From the human T2T-CHM13v2.0 reference genome, Homo sapiens: a stretch of 64,000 bases of DNA. Below, one piece after another: positions 35,172-55,497 of this stretch (positions are counted from its first letter, which is position 1; each line of letters begins with the position of its first letter). The position numbers and the translations under genes are program-made. The notes beneath the pieces are model-generated. The model did not search any database. It saw only the letters and a list, made by a program, of their open reading frames with translations, and was not told the DNA's origin. The DNA lies in the NCBI RefSeq assembly GCF_009914755.1, contig NC_060942.1; one strand, given 5' to 3'.

Positions 35172-36015
35172 CTAAATGAACTGATTTTCAGAAATGAACC
35201 AGCCCTTCCTAAGTGAGCAGAGACCAGTAGCCATTTTTAACCCTAAGATGTTGATTATGTCTGGAAGCATGAGTGAACAAGCAAGCCTGCAACAGAGAAC
35301 AAGAAGAGTCTCATCAACTTAACGTAATTGGGAGAACTGGGTCAGTTAATAACCAACAGTCATCAACTTTTTAGATATTCAGTTATTATTTAGTTAACTG
35401 ATCCAATTTTCCCAATTACGTTGATTAAGTGAACTTCTACTATAACATCTAAACCTTACGACTATATGAATATTTCTCATAAGATATGCCTGGGTCAGAC
35501 CCAATAAAAAGTCAAATGGGAAGAATTATGATACTTTTTTCTCTTCTGTCTTCAAATATTAAAGAATCCTAAAAATCTCTTTATTAGGATTCACATTTTA
35601 AGCACTTTTCAATAGGTAGCAACAATATCCCAGTATGTAAGAAATACTTTATTTGATGTAAATCTCATCTCAAAGGTCATTTGGACTTAGCAAACACATT
35701 GAGTTCATCGGTATTGCTTATGACTTTAAAAGACTCATGGTCCAAATTCCACTCCACCTCTACAGCCAAAATTAAACAAAGCCAACAAGTCTATTACTGA
35801 AAAATGTTATCACAATGTACATCTCTGGGAGTTCTGCTCCCATTTAGGATAAAGGAGGTCACAAAAGATCACTGTAACTGTTGTAATAAGAAAACACCCA
35901 ATAAATGAAAAAGCACGTGTTGGCCGGGCGTGGTGGCTCACGCCTGTAATCCCAGTACTTTCGGAGGCCGAGATGGGCGGATCACGAGGTCAGGAAATCA
36001 AGACCATCCTGGCTA

Positions 36016-36241
<226 letters not shown>

Positions 36242-36699
36242 TTAAAAGACACTGAAAATGTATAGAAACACAATGTCCAGGCCGGGCGCAGTGGCTCATG
36301 CCTGTAATCCCAGCACTTTGGGAGGCCGAGGCGGACAGATCACGAGGTCAGGAGATCGATACCATCCTGGCTAACACAGAGAAACCCTGTCTCTACTAAA
36401 AATACAAAAAATTAGCCAGGCGTAGTGGCGGCACCTGTAGGAACCTGGGAGGCGGAGCTTGTAGTGAGCCGAGATTGTGCCACTGCACTCCAGCCTGGGC
36501 AACAGAGCGAGACTCCGTCTCAAAAAAAGAAAAAAAAAAGAAACTCAATGTCTAAATGAACTGATCTTCAGAGCTGAACCAGCCCTTCCTAAGTGAGCAG
36601 ACACAAGTAGCCATTTTTAACCATAAGATGTTGACCAAGTCTGGAAGCATGAGTGAACAAGCAAGCCTGCCACAGACAGAGGACAAGGAGAAGAGTCTC

Positions 36700-40650
<3,951 letters not shown>

Positions 40651-41587
40651 AGGCCAGGCATGGTGGCTTACACCCATAAAGTCAGCACCCTGGGCAACAA
40701 AACAAAACCCCATCTCTACAAAAAACTTAAAAATTAGCCAGGTGTGGTGGCACTCGCCTGTAGTGGCAGCTGCTCAGGATGGTGAGGCAGGAAGATAGCT
40801 TGAGCCCAGGAGGTTGAGACTGCAGTAAGCCATGATTGTGCCACTGCACTACACCCTAGGTGACAGAGCGAGACACTGTCCCAAAAGGAAAAAGAAAAAT
40901 TAGCCAGGCCTGGTGGCCTGTGCCTATAGTTCTAGCTACACAGGAGGCTAAGAAAGATTGAGCCCAGGAGTTTGAGGTTACAATGAGCTATGATTGCGCC
41001 ACTGCATTCCAGCCTGGGCAACACAGCAAAACCCTGTCTCAAAAAATAAAACAGGGTGGGCGCAGTGGATCACACCTATAATCCCAGCACTTTGGGAACT
41101 CAAGGTAGGCAGATAGCTTGAGCTCAGGAGTTCAAGACCAGTCTGGGCAACATGGTGAAACTCTGTCTCTACAAAAAATACAAAAATTAGCCAGGCATGG
41201 TGGCACACAACTTAGTGCCAGATACTCAGGAGGCTGAGGTGGGAGGATTGCTGGAGCCCAGGAGTTTGAGGCTACAGTGAGCTATAACTGTGCCACTGCA
41301 CTCTGGTCTGAACAACAGAGTAAGATCCTGACTCAAAATAAAAATAAAATTTAAAAATCAGAAAAAAAATCTCTAATCCTGCTCTACTACTATTCACTTC
41401 TCTTTTCTCTAATGCCCAGTTTCCTCTTTTTCCTAACAATCTTGAAAAGGAATAAAGTATACATAATTAAATTATATGCACTCAAATTTCACATAAAAAA
41501 ATAAAGATTAAGCAAGAGTTACTGGAACATGGTTTCCCTAAATCAAAAATTTAATCACATGTAACTTCTTTCCTCAACTTTCTGTAG

Positions 41588-41753
41588 CAGCACTATCCAA
41601 GAGAACGTTCTGTGTGATGATGCAAACATTCTATATACCACCTAACACAGTAGCATCTAGCAATGTGTGGCTTTTAAGCACTGGATAGTACGACCGAAGA
41701 ACAGTATTTTTAATTTCATGTAGCCTAGTGGCTACTTCACAGGACAGCACAGC
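41588..41753. mobile_element. MER3-like hAT MITE
   Basis: cagcactatccaagagaacgttctg...tagtggctac...ggacagcacag. Confidence 0.6.
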
Positions 41754-41760
41754 TCTGTAG

Positions 41761-41994
<234 letters not shown>

Positions 41995-44900
41995 TAGTCT
42001 TGATCTCCTGATCTCAAGTGATCCACCCCCTCGGCATCCCAAAGTGCTGGGATTACAGGCATGAGCCACTGACCGGTATTGTCGACTCTTTCTTCAAAGT
42101 TTCTCATCAATGTTCTTTCCTATTTCTACCAACGTCATAGTAATTCAGCACTATACATGCCTAATATGTATACTACTGTCTATATATGCCATTGAAATAT
42201 TACTTCTCTCCCTACACTTCATCAAAATATTGTTTTAATGTTATTTAAATTTTTATCATTCAAAATATTCGAGATTCTTCAAAACTTAAAAGAACAGAAA
42301 GAATAAAGTCCATATAGCTTTCAAAATCAAAGTATCACAATTTGACTTGATTGTATTTTTCTAGTCTCATTATCCACAAAAATCCTGATTCAATAAAAAG
42401 GATCTACTCATTATTCCTCACAAAAATGTTAAGCTTTCTCTTTAGTTGTACTGTTACCAATCATAGATGACTATCTATGTTCATTTTAAAAATCAAATCT
42501 TAACTCTTTCCTGTCTATGAAAACAAACCATTCTGACCACTTCTAAGTTGCAAAGCTAATGTATGATTTATTTAAATATTTAATATTGATTTATTGCTTT
42601 AATAGTTTCTTAGATCTTTTATTAACTTTTCATTTCTTTCAGCCTTTGTTCCTAAACTTGAAGGAAAGGGCATAGCCCTGAGAGTAGTGCTCTCCACACA
42701 ACATTCACTCAGATGTGAATTAATTCAAAGGAGTTAAGAAGGATAATACAGGAAAAAAGGATTGAGTTTTTCTCAGCCAAGAACACATACATTGTTCTTT
42801 GGCATTACTAAAAGCTCAAAATATAGCTGAGTTCCTGATAGGTTCCTGATAGGTTTCTGGCAGTTTCCTGGCCTTGCAACGTGGCTCAATATGTATGCCA
42901 GGGGAGAGAACTCGTGCTTTCTCTTCACATCTTTAGGGAACAGTACCTTAGTTCTGGAAGGAAACTGAAGTAGTTTCCTAGGTCTAAACCAGAGTCCAGG
43001 CTCCACCTGAAAGCATTAAGAGGTTTCTTCCTAAATAGTTTTTTGGCTTTTTTGTTTTTTGGGGTTTTTTTTTTTTTTGAAACAGGGTCCTGCTCTGTCA
43101 CGCAGGCAGTGATGCAATCTTGGCTCACCTTAACCTCCTGGGCTCAAGCCAACCTCCTGAGCTCAAGCGATCCTCCCACCTCAGCCCCACCAAGAAACTG
43201 GGACTACAGGCGCATGCCACCACGCCCAGCTAACTTTTTTTGTACAGATGGGGTTCCACATGTTGCCTCAGCTGCTTCCTAGTTTCTAATAAGTCAAATA
43301 AAATTCATTTCCCCAAATGGTGTCAGCCAAGCAGATGGGGTAAAATGAAAGAATACAGTAAGAAAAAATTTTCTTACTGTATTTTCTACCTTTTATTTTA
43401 ACCTTTTGAAAATACGACTTTTAGCCATTTCCAATTGTTATCAGATTATTAATCTGCCTAGAAAAAATTTTTACCCAAAGAAAAAGGTATTTATCATATT
43501 TTCTACAGAATGTTTGATTAAAATTTTGGCCAAGCGTAGTAGTTCATGCCTGTAATCCCAACATTTTGGGAGGCCAAGGTGGGTGGATCACCTGAGGTCA
43601 GGAGTTCAAGACCAGCCTGACCAATACAGTGAAACTCCATCTCTACTAAAAATACAAAAATTAGCTGGGAGTGGTGGCATGCACCTGTAGTCTCAGCTAC
43701 TTGGGAGGCTGACAGGAGAACTGCTTGAACCCAGGAGGTGGAGGAGGCAGTGAGCCAAGATTGCACCACTGCACTCCAGCCTGGGTGACACAGCAAGACT
43801 CTGCCTCAAAAAAAAAAAAAAAAAAAAACTTGTTTTAAGTAAAACTAGTTGTTTCTAATTTATTCTATTTTTAGTCTTAAGTAGAACAAAACTTTATTTC
43901 CACTTCCTGATACTGTCCATTTAACATGAATTAACACCAGAGTACCATATGACTTCTTCTATATACTTCTCACCAACAGACAAACCTAACAGATAAAATT
44001 GGCATTAAATAAAATTAAGATATTTTGTCAAGCATTTGTGAGTACTTAATGTCTATGAAAGGCATAAAATGAAAAGCCCAATAAATGTTTTAAAGTCACA
44101 ACCCAAAATCTAGAACAGTGATCATAGCAGAACAGCTTTAAGATAGGTACGTTTTCTTCTTCTCTCCATACACTATAGAATACCACAATGTTTTGGAAGA
44201 GTCTCTTCCTTAGACTCTGTGTATACCTACATTTGAAAACAGCAAAAGATAAGAATGTCGACCTTGATAACAGCAAAGAATGGCCAACTGCTAAACTCAA
44301 TTCCTTCTCTTGAGCTTATTTCAAAAATGAAAAAAATAACCCATGGCTCTGTCCCATCAAGGGGGGGTTGGAGGAGGGGTCTGGCTGGGGCAGGAAATAA
44401 TCTTCCCTAGGTTGCTACATTGCTTTGCAGCTTTGCAAGAGAGCCAGAATGTGTTTGGAAGATGATGACTCCACCTTGTTCCATAAATCAACTTCCCTTG
44501 ACATCTTGGAAGAGTAGAGCAGATATTTCCTGATTGATTTATTTACTTTTCCTCTCAGAAATTAAGAATTTTCCTTAAGGTGAAGAATTAAGACTTTGAA
44601 ATAAAATGTTTTTATAATTTTAGGAAACTAAATGATCACCAGAATTGAATAATGTACACTGAGTAGAATTTACTTGAACTAACTTCCTCTACGAGGTTTG
44701 TATATAAAATATACTGAACTATTTTTGTCCTAGAAGTATTCTATAATTTAGCTACCTGAGAGAACTATTTTTCTTTTCACAATGCAAGGATATTAACATA
44801 GTCAAATTGAAAAAGTACAAATTTCAAATGATAAAACAATATCCAGCTATAGATATTCTATGTCCACGCACCTTATATTTGGTGAAGTGGTAGGAGAGAG

Positions 44901-45939
44901 TGTGTGGAAAAGTCAGATGAAATAAGAAATATAAAGGATGACCACAGGTAGAGAACCAAAAAAGTAAAAACTCACCCTATCCTGGGTAGAAGTAGCTGGA
45001 TGAATGAAACAATGAATACAAACCCTTCAACCGAAGGTAAGTATTAATACAAGCATATGAATTTAACGGAGGCCAATAAAGACCTTTAAATAATCTAGTA
45101 TCTGGTACCTATATAAAGATTTATATGAAATGAATTGGTGATCTCAGTTCAGATATCCTGGAGGTCTTATTAACGTGAGTGTACAGTACTGAAGGTAACA
45201 TGTATACAATAAAAAGAGATTCCATTTCAGATATGGGTAAACAGCAATTCAATTAAATTACTATTTTCACAAGATATCTGAAATGGTTCAATATTGCTAA
45301 AAAAATTTTGCTATTTCCACAAATATTAAATAATACCCATTATGCCTAAAATGCACTTCCATTAAAAAATATATTTTGTACTAAAACAGATTTACTCTGT
45401 GGGAATTTTTTTTTTTTTTTTTAGTATACTACAAATTCTGAGGTCTTAATTTTCTAGAATTTTTCTTTTTTAATCTTATAAAGAAAAACCCTCATGATAA
45501 CAAAGAGAAGGTAAAGGAAATCTCCAAACAACCTACTTGGTATAATACCTATCACGATCAATCTCCAATATAAAACTGTGCCAAGAAATGTAAATATTAA
45601 ATAGATTTATCAATAGTAAATAATTATTGAAATCAAAGGAATTTTATTAAAAAACATACAAGTTAAATAGCATTACTTCTGACAAGTACAATCACTACTT
45701 TAGAAAAGTAAAATTTAAATTCAAAATCCCACAACATAAACCAGTCAGAATAAATTAGCTGGTTTTTATGTTTGGCTTTGTTTTTAAAAAGCCAGTATAC
45801 ATACTACACGTGCTTTGTACATATTATTATCTCTTAAAAACATAAATTTTTCAGTGATTTAAATTTGGCAACTCATCTCATTAAGAGACCGACCTAATTA
45901 TCTGATTTTTGCATTTTAGAATTCACAAATTCCACTTAC

Positions 45940-46071
45940 CACATATTTAACAGCACTTATAAACTGGTTGTGGAAAAGCAGATGCTGTGTTTCATCTTCT
46001 GGATTTGAAGCTGTATACAGCATTCCACAAACATTACAAGAAACTGCTCCAAATCTTTTTTGTCCTGCATC
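45940..46071 (-). CDS. ESCO1: ESCO1 C2H2 zinc-finger exon ([44 protein letters not shown])
   Basis: aatag acceptor, GTG|gtaagt donor; CxxC...HxxxH finger typical of Eco1. Confidence 0.97.
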
Positions 46072-46918
46072 CTATTTACAAAAAACACACAAAAGTTTTT
46101 TTCCTCCCAAAAGAATTATTTCAGAATATCAGCCTCTAAGGCTATAGTGTGAGCATAAAGTAAGAATTGTTTAATCTACATGAATAACATTCAATGTTAA
46201 TTACTAAAAATAACATGTTAATCTGAAATCTGCATGTAATTTTACTAGGAAATGTTTCCATTTTAGTAACCTGATCCACGGCATATAACAATTTTTTAAA
46301 AACTGACAAATAGCTTTAATATTACAAACTTAGTCCTAAAGCCCCAAATAGGAAATACTCTATGAATGAGAACTAATATATATTTCGTATTTGCAATAAT
46401 TATACTACTAGTGTGTAGAGGAAAAAGTTTTTTTGATACAGGGTCTCACGGTCTCACTGTGTCACCCAGGCTGGGACTACAGGGATGTGCCACCATGTCT
46501 GGCTAATTTTTGTTTGTTTTTGTTTTGAGACAAGGTCCCGCTCTGTCACCCAGGCTGGAGTGCAGTGGCATGATCTTGGCTCCTGCAACCTCTGCCTCCC
46601 AGGTTCAAGCAATTCTCCTGCCTCAGCCTCCCAAGTAGCTGGGATTACAAGAGCGTGCCATTGCACTGGACTAATTCTTTGTATTTTTAGTAAAGATGGG
46701 GTTTCACCATGTTGACCAGGTTGGTCTTGAACTCCTGACCTCAGGTGATCCACCTGCCTTGGCCTCCTAAAGTGCTAGGATTACAGGCATGAGCCACCAC
46801 GCCTCGCCACCTGGCTAATTTTTATATTTTTTGCAGAGAGAGAATTTTACCATGTTGCCCAGGCTGGTCTAGAACTGAGCTCAAGCGATCCTCCTGCCTC
46901 GGCCTCCTAAAGTGCTAG

Positions 46919-47083
<165 letters not shown>

Positions 47084-47366
47084 TGAGTAGACGGGATTAC
47101 AGGCACCCACCAACATGCCCAGCTAATTTTTATATCTTTTAATAGAGACCGGGTTTTGCCATGTTGGCCAGGCTGGTCTCAAACTCCTGACATCAGGTGA
47201 TCCACCTGCCTCGGCCTCCCAAAGTGCTAGGATTACAGGCATGAGCCACCGCACCCAATCCATTCCATTTTTTAATGTCTTAAAAGTCTGGGGGGCCACC
47301 TGAGGTGGCTCACGCTTGTAATCCCAGCACTCTGGATCACGAGGTCAGGAGTTCAAGACCAGCCTA

Positions 47367-47570
<204 letters not shown>

Positions 47571-47970
47571 TTAGCTGTGTGTGGTGACGCATGTCTGTTA
47601 GTCCCAGCTATTCAGCAGGCTGAGGTGAGAGGATCACTTGAGGCTGGGAGGTTGAGGCTGCAAGTGAGCTGTGATCACACCATTGCACTCTAGCCTGGGT
47701 GACAGCATGAGACCCTATCTTAAAAAAAAAAAAATCCTACTGATTATGTTGACTGTAACTACATAAATGTTCCTAGTACTTTGGGTGCCTTAATTTTTTT
47801 ATATTCACTCATTCAAGTTAGATTTTTAATCAATCAAAATATCTCCTGTTTTCCAATTTATCTTCCTGTAATTTAAAATGTAACTTTAAAATAATAATGT
47901 ATTCTGCAATATAGATATTCAAAATCATTTTATACATTAAGTTCCATGTTATTATTTTTTTTTTTTTTGA

Positions 47971-48129
<159 letters not shown>

Positions 48130-48410
48130 TAGTAGAGATGGGCTTTCTCGGTGTTGGTCAGGCTGGTCTTGAACTCCCACCCTCAGGTGATCCGCCCATT
48201 TCGGCCTCCCAAAGTGCTGGAATTACAGGCGTGAGCCACTGCACCTGGACAAGTTCCATGTTATTTTAACATTTAAATCAACTACTGAAAGGAGGTAGTG
48301 ATCAAATGACAAATCTAAGAAAGTAACAGATGTGAAATAAAGTATCACAATTTGTTATAAAACTAGAAGTATGAAAACAATTACTGTTACAAGACAAAGT
48401 CACTATTTAA

Positions 48411-48551
<141 letters not shown>

Positions 48552-48823
48552 TAAGTAGCTGGGATTACAGGCATCTGCCACCACGCCTGGCTAATTTTTG
48601 CATTTTTAGTAGAGACAGGATTTCACCATGCTGGCCAGGCTGGTCTCAAACTCCCGACCTCAGGTGATCCACCCACCTTGGCCTCCCAAAGTGCTGGGAT
48701 TATAGGCATGAGCCACTGCACCTGGCCTGGGAACATTTTTCATACTAAAATTTATTATGACAAAAAGGCTCTTTGGCAAAAGTGAATGAATTTATTCTTT
48801 AAAACCTTGCATAAATACAATGC

Positions 48824-49238
48824 TGCTATGATTTTGATATGATTTGATTTGTCTCCACCAAAATTTATGGGGAAATTTGATGTCCAATGTGACAGTGTTT
48901 GGAGGTGGGGCTTAGTGAGATATGTTTGCGTCTTAGAGGTGAATCCCGCACAAATAGGTTAATGCCCTCAAATGCCCTCCTGCTGGGGTGAGCAGGGTTA
49001 AAAAAAAAAAAAAAAGAGTCTGGCTTCCTTGGTTTCTCTCTCTTGCTTCCTCCCTTACCACGTGGTCTCTCTGCACATGAGCTCACTCCCTTTCTGCTTT
49101 CCTCCATAAGTTGAAGCAATCTGCCACCCTCACCAGATGCAGATGTCAGGCCATAGAACCACAAGCCAAATAAACCTCTTTTCTATAAAAATTACCAACC
49201 TCAGATATCGTATTATAGCAACATGAAATATACTAAGA
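48824..49238. mobile_element. MST-family (MaLR) solo LTR
   Basis: tgctatg...ggaggtggggc...aagccaaataaacctcttttctataaaaattacc...tatagcaaca...actaaga. Confidence 0.75.
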
Positions 49239-49283
49239 TGGTTCTAACAACAATTCACCAAAATGGTCAAGTTGTGTACTTAC

Positions 49284-49398
49284 TATAATCAACTGTTTTT
49301 CATCAGTTTTCTCTGCTTCTTTTAGTTTCAAGTCCTTTGGAATTGTTATCTCCAAATGGGAATTACACTTAGGCAAAGAATGATTTCGTGGTGTCTCC
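49284..49398 (-). CDS. ESCO1: ESCO1 coding exon ([10 protein letters not shown]...[10 protein letters not shown]), containing the first part of the PIP-box-like QLIIDAGQ motif
   Basis: tttaag acceptor, ATA|gtaagt donor; 115 nt, phases consistent. Confidence 0.95.
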
Positions 49399-50049
49399 CT
49401 TAAAAAAAATAAAATTACTAAATGTTACAGATCCAAGTCATTTCACATCATTTGAAGGGGAAAAAATAACTTATTTTCTTTTTTTTTTTGAGACGAAGTC
49501 TCACTCTGTCGCCCAGGCTGGAGTGCAGTGGCGCAATCTTGGCTCACTGCAAACTTTGCCTCCTGGGTTCATGCCATTCTCCTGCCTCAGCCTCCTGAGT
49601 AGCTGGGACTACAGGTGCCAGCCACCACGCCCAGCTAATTTTTTTTTTTGTATTTTTAGTAGAGACGGGGTTTCACCATGTTAGCCAGGATGGTCTCGAT
49701 CTCCTGACCTCGTGATCCGCCTGCCTCAGCCTCCCAAAGTGCTGGGATTACAGGCGTGAGCCACTGCGCCCGGCAAAAATAACTTATTTTCTACACAACG
49801 CTGATAAATTTCAGCTTCAAGAGAGGGAGAAAAACCTTTTAAAAATCAAGGAGCAGGCCTGGCATGGTGGCTCATGCCTATAAAATCCCAGCACTTTGAG
49901 AGGCCAAGGCAGGCAGATTGCCTGAGCTCAGGAGATCGCGACCAGCCTGGGCAACACGGTGAAACCCCGTTTCTACTAAAATAAAAATAAATAAATAAAA
50001 TAAAAATTAGCCAGGTGTGGCAGCGTGTGCCTGTAGTCCTAGCTACTCA

Positions 50050-50265
<216 letters not shown>

Positions 50266-51225
50266 GGCAACACTTACCACAGTTTGAATATGCTTTTAAG
50301 TTTTATAGTTTTAGCTATCTAAGTCATTCCAATTTGTACTAAATACTGTTTGTTGTTAATCCAAAAGGCAAAATAAGTCAGATCTATTTAATTCTGACAT
50401 TAAAAAGAAAACAAAAAGCTTTTAATCTTACTTAAACACTCTTACATGTTGCTAATACCTAGTATTTCTAGAAGTCTAGGGAAAAGGGCATTCTCAAACA
50501 CTATTGAGACAGGCCAACCACTTTGGAGGAAAGTCTGACAATGCGGGATAAGTTCTATAGCTATGAGATACAGACACACAAGTAAGCAAAGATACATGTG
50601 TTTAACATAGGATTTGTCTTTTCTGGATAGAAATGAACCAGAAATATCCAAAATGTTCATAAAGCATAGAACTGTTAAACCACGGTAAAGTCACACAATG
50701 AAATTTAATGCAGAATTTAGAAGAATAAGGTAGCTGCCAGATACTGTGGCTCACACCTATAATCCCAGAGATTTGAGAGGCCGAGGTGGGAGAATCACTT
50801 GAGGCCAGGAGTTCGAGACCAGCCTGAGCAGCATAGCAAGACCTTCTCTCTAAAAAAAGAATTTTTTTAAATTATCCAGGTATGGTGCCACACTATAGTC
50901 CTAGCTACATGGGAGGCTGAGGCAGAAGGATCACTTGAGCCCAGGAGTTCAAGGCTGCAGTGATTGTGCCACTGCACTCCAGCCTGGGTAAGTGAGCAAG
51001 ACCTCAACTCTAAAAAATAAATAAATAAAGAAATAAAGAATGAGGTAGTAGGGTAGAAAAAATGTCCATAGTAAACAGTATGTATAGGCATAGAAAAAGC
51101 TGTAATGAAAAGAGAATCTGTAGGTAAACTGAGGGTTACTAGCATAACTTTTTAGGGAAGAATCCCCTAAACTCAAAACTTGTAAGTTAAAATCCTTAAG
51201 CTCTAAAATTTAATTAATAGCTTAC

Positions 51226-51286
51226 CTGTTATCACTGCTTTTAGATGTCTGGTTACTGAGAATACTATGCTGTTGGGGAGCTGAAC
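51226..51286 (-). CDS. ESCO1: ESCO1 small coding exon (GSAPQQHSILSNQTSKSSDNR)
   Basis: tacag acceptor, AG|gtaagc donor; 61 nt; needed to keep the 2523-nt CDS in frame. Confidence 0.93.
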
Positions 51287-51606
51287 CTGTAATTTAATCA
51301 AGAAGGTGGGTTATATATTGAGTTTTATACTAGTTTTCCATCTAATGGATAAAATCATTATACATAAAGAAAAAAACCTTCAATGCATTAAATGACTTAT
51401 TTTTAATAAAGACCATCTGATAAAATTAGAACCTTCTTCCTAGATACCATTCTTCAGACAAAAGGCAGAAAGGCTGTCTCATACTCAGACTACAAAGCTG
51501 CAAAGAGCTGTAATGGTAGATTAGCTTGCCTCTAATTTAACCAGCAATTATTAGGACTGAATAATAAGGAAATTGTTTCAATGCCTGCATAATTATATAA
51601 TCTCTA

Positions 51607-52004
<398 letters not shown>

Positions 52005-53059
52005 TTATTTTCTAATGAATAAATGCATTTCTCATATTTATATTACATTCTCTCTTCCCCAACTCAGAGAAAAAGTTAAATCATGTCAATGATTATCCGA
52101 ACTCAACATTTTGCTCCATGTATACCTTTCCTTTAGCAGAGAAACAACAGGAATTAAGAGATTTCTTTTCTATACCCTCTGCTGTCTCATCCAATATAAG
52201 TGACCAAATCCTCATCCAACAGTTCAAATAATTTTTTTTTCTTTTGGTTTTTTGGTTTTTGAGACAGATTCTCACTCTGTCACCCAGGGTGGAATGCAGT
52301 GGTGCAATCTTGGCTCATCTCTGCCTCCCAGGTTCAAGCAATTCTCCTGACTCTGCCTCTCAAGTAGCTGAGATTACAGGCGTGCACCACCATGCCTTGC
52401 TAATTTTTTTAGTATTTTTAGTAAATAGAAACGGAGGTCTCACCACATTGGCCAGGCTGGTCTCGAACTCCAGGCCTTAAGTGATCTGTCTGCCTAGGCA
52501 TTCCAAAGTGCTGCGATTACAGGCTTGAGCCACCACGACCGGCCCAAATAATGTGTTATTAAAAAAAAAAAAGTTCACAAGGTTCCAAAACTAAAGCTTT
52601 TGGACAATTTGCAAAGTGGACAATTTGCAGCATTTATTAAATCCTTAATTTAGAGATAGGATCATTCAGATGGAAAACTGAGTAAATAAGGGTTAAAGAT
52701 AAGAACCTGAAATGGTAAAGCACAAATAATAAAGTACTTAAGAAATAAGCTGCTACCACTATTTTATGCAATTCATTAAGAACACTTCTCAAGAAAGTAA
52801 GTCACAAATAAAAGTTGTTTAAAAAACAAAAGAACTTTTGGTAGGGAGTCAAAGGGTAGTACTTAGGTACTTTAAACAAACCAATCAACAGAAGTAATTC
52901 TGAAAGCATGGGTGATAGTCATGATAATCACATATTTGAAAAATACAGCAATGGTTAAAAAGAATTTAACAACCCTATTTGGTATATAACATTTTCTGTA
53001 ATACTGACAAAAATGTCACTGAAGACTATGAAATCCAAATAATATTTCCAAAGTATTAC

Positions 53060-53174
53060 CTGGAAATTTATTCTCTCCTGTATCAATTTTTGCTTGACTG
53101 AGCAGAGTCGAAGCAGCAGTAACATTTTCCACTGGACTGTTTTCTAGCTTGGATTCCAAACATTGGCTGAAATT
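53060..53174 (-). CDS. ESCO1: ESCO1 coding exon (NFSQCLESKLENSPVENV...TGENKFP)
   Basis: gttcag acceptor, CAG|gtaata donor; 115 nt. Confidence 0.94.
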
Positions 53175-53588
53175 CTGAACACATATAATTCAAAATTTTT
53201 ACATCAACTTTGGGTTTTATCTAAATAAACTTTCAGTAAATTTTAGCATACTAAAAAAATTTAACATACTTTTTATTTGGAGCAATTAATACAGACATGA
53301 AGTCTCCCCATGATCTTGCTACAAGCTACCCTCTCACCATCAGGGCCCATTATTACCCTTCATGCTAAATTTAAAAACAAGCAGGGTACAGCAGTGCATG
53401 CCTGTTGTCTCAGCTACTCAGAAGCCTCACTAAAAGGGGAGGATCACTTAAGCCCAGGGGTTTGAAGCCAGCCTGGACAACATAGTGACACCCTATCTCA
53501 AAAAAAAGGAAATATCTCTTCCACAGATATATTCAATAGTTTCCTGGCTCTATACCTTTTTTCCAAGTTTCGTCTGTCTAGACTATAA

Positions 53589-54119
<531 letters not shown>

Positions 54120-54779
54120 ATCCAGAATACCTTTCCCCCTATATAAATTCCACTCATTGCTCCTCTTCCATAAAGCCTTTCCCAATCTTCTCTAGCTGTT
54201 CTTCATCTACTTTGTCTAAATCTCTTTCGTGTGCTTATCACTTTTTATTTTCAATCAGTTATTTGTGTCTGACTTACCTATAAAGCTTAAAAGCAACAAC
54301 CATATTATATTTACCTTTTTATTCCTAATAGCCTCTAATTCAGAACCTTGCCAAAGCAGATACTCAATTAGTAAATAACAAAAGAAAATACTTCAGGCGG
54401 GGCGTGGTGGCTCACGCCTGTAATCCCAGAACTTTTGGGAGGCTGAGGCGGGTGGATCATGAGGTCAAGGGATCAAGACCATCCTGGCCAACACAGTGAA
54501 ACCCTGTCTCTACCAAAAATACAAAAAAATTAGCTGGGCATGAGGCCGGGCATGGTGGCTCACGCCTGTAATCCCAGCACTTTGGGAGGCCCAAGCAGGC
54601 CGATCACCTGAGGTCAGGAGTTCCAGGCCAGCCTCACCAAGATGGTGAAACCCCGTCTCTACTAAAAAACAAAAATTAGCTGGGTGTGGTGGCAGGCACC
54701 TGTAATCCCAGCTACTTGGGAGGCAGAGGCAAGAGAATCACTTGAACCCAAGAGGCAGAGGTTGCAGTGATCGAGATCA

Positions 54780-55031
<252 letters not shown>

Positions 55032-55202
55032 CTAGCACAGCACAGCACCTTGAATACAGCAGGCACTCAAATATGTCCTGAACCAATATGGTCACCACCA
55101 CATTTCCTGATCACTCTGTGACAGTGGTCAAAATGTTGAGATTAGTGAAAAATAATTGGAAACAATCTGAAAGGTGAAAGTCTTCTTTTTCTTTTGAGAT
55201 AG

Positions 55203-55497
<295 letters not shown>

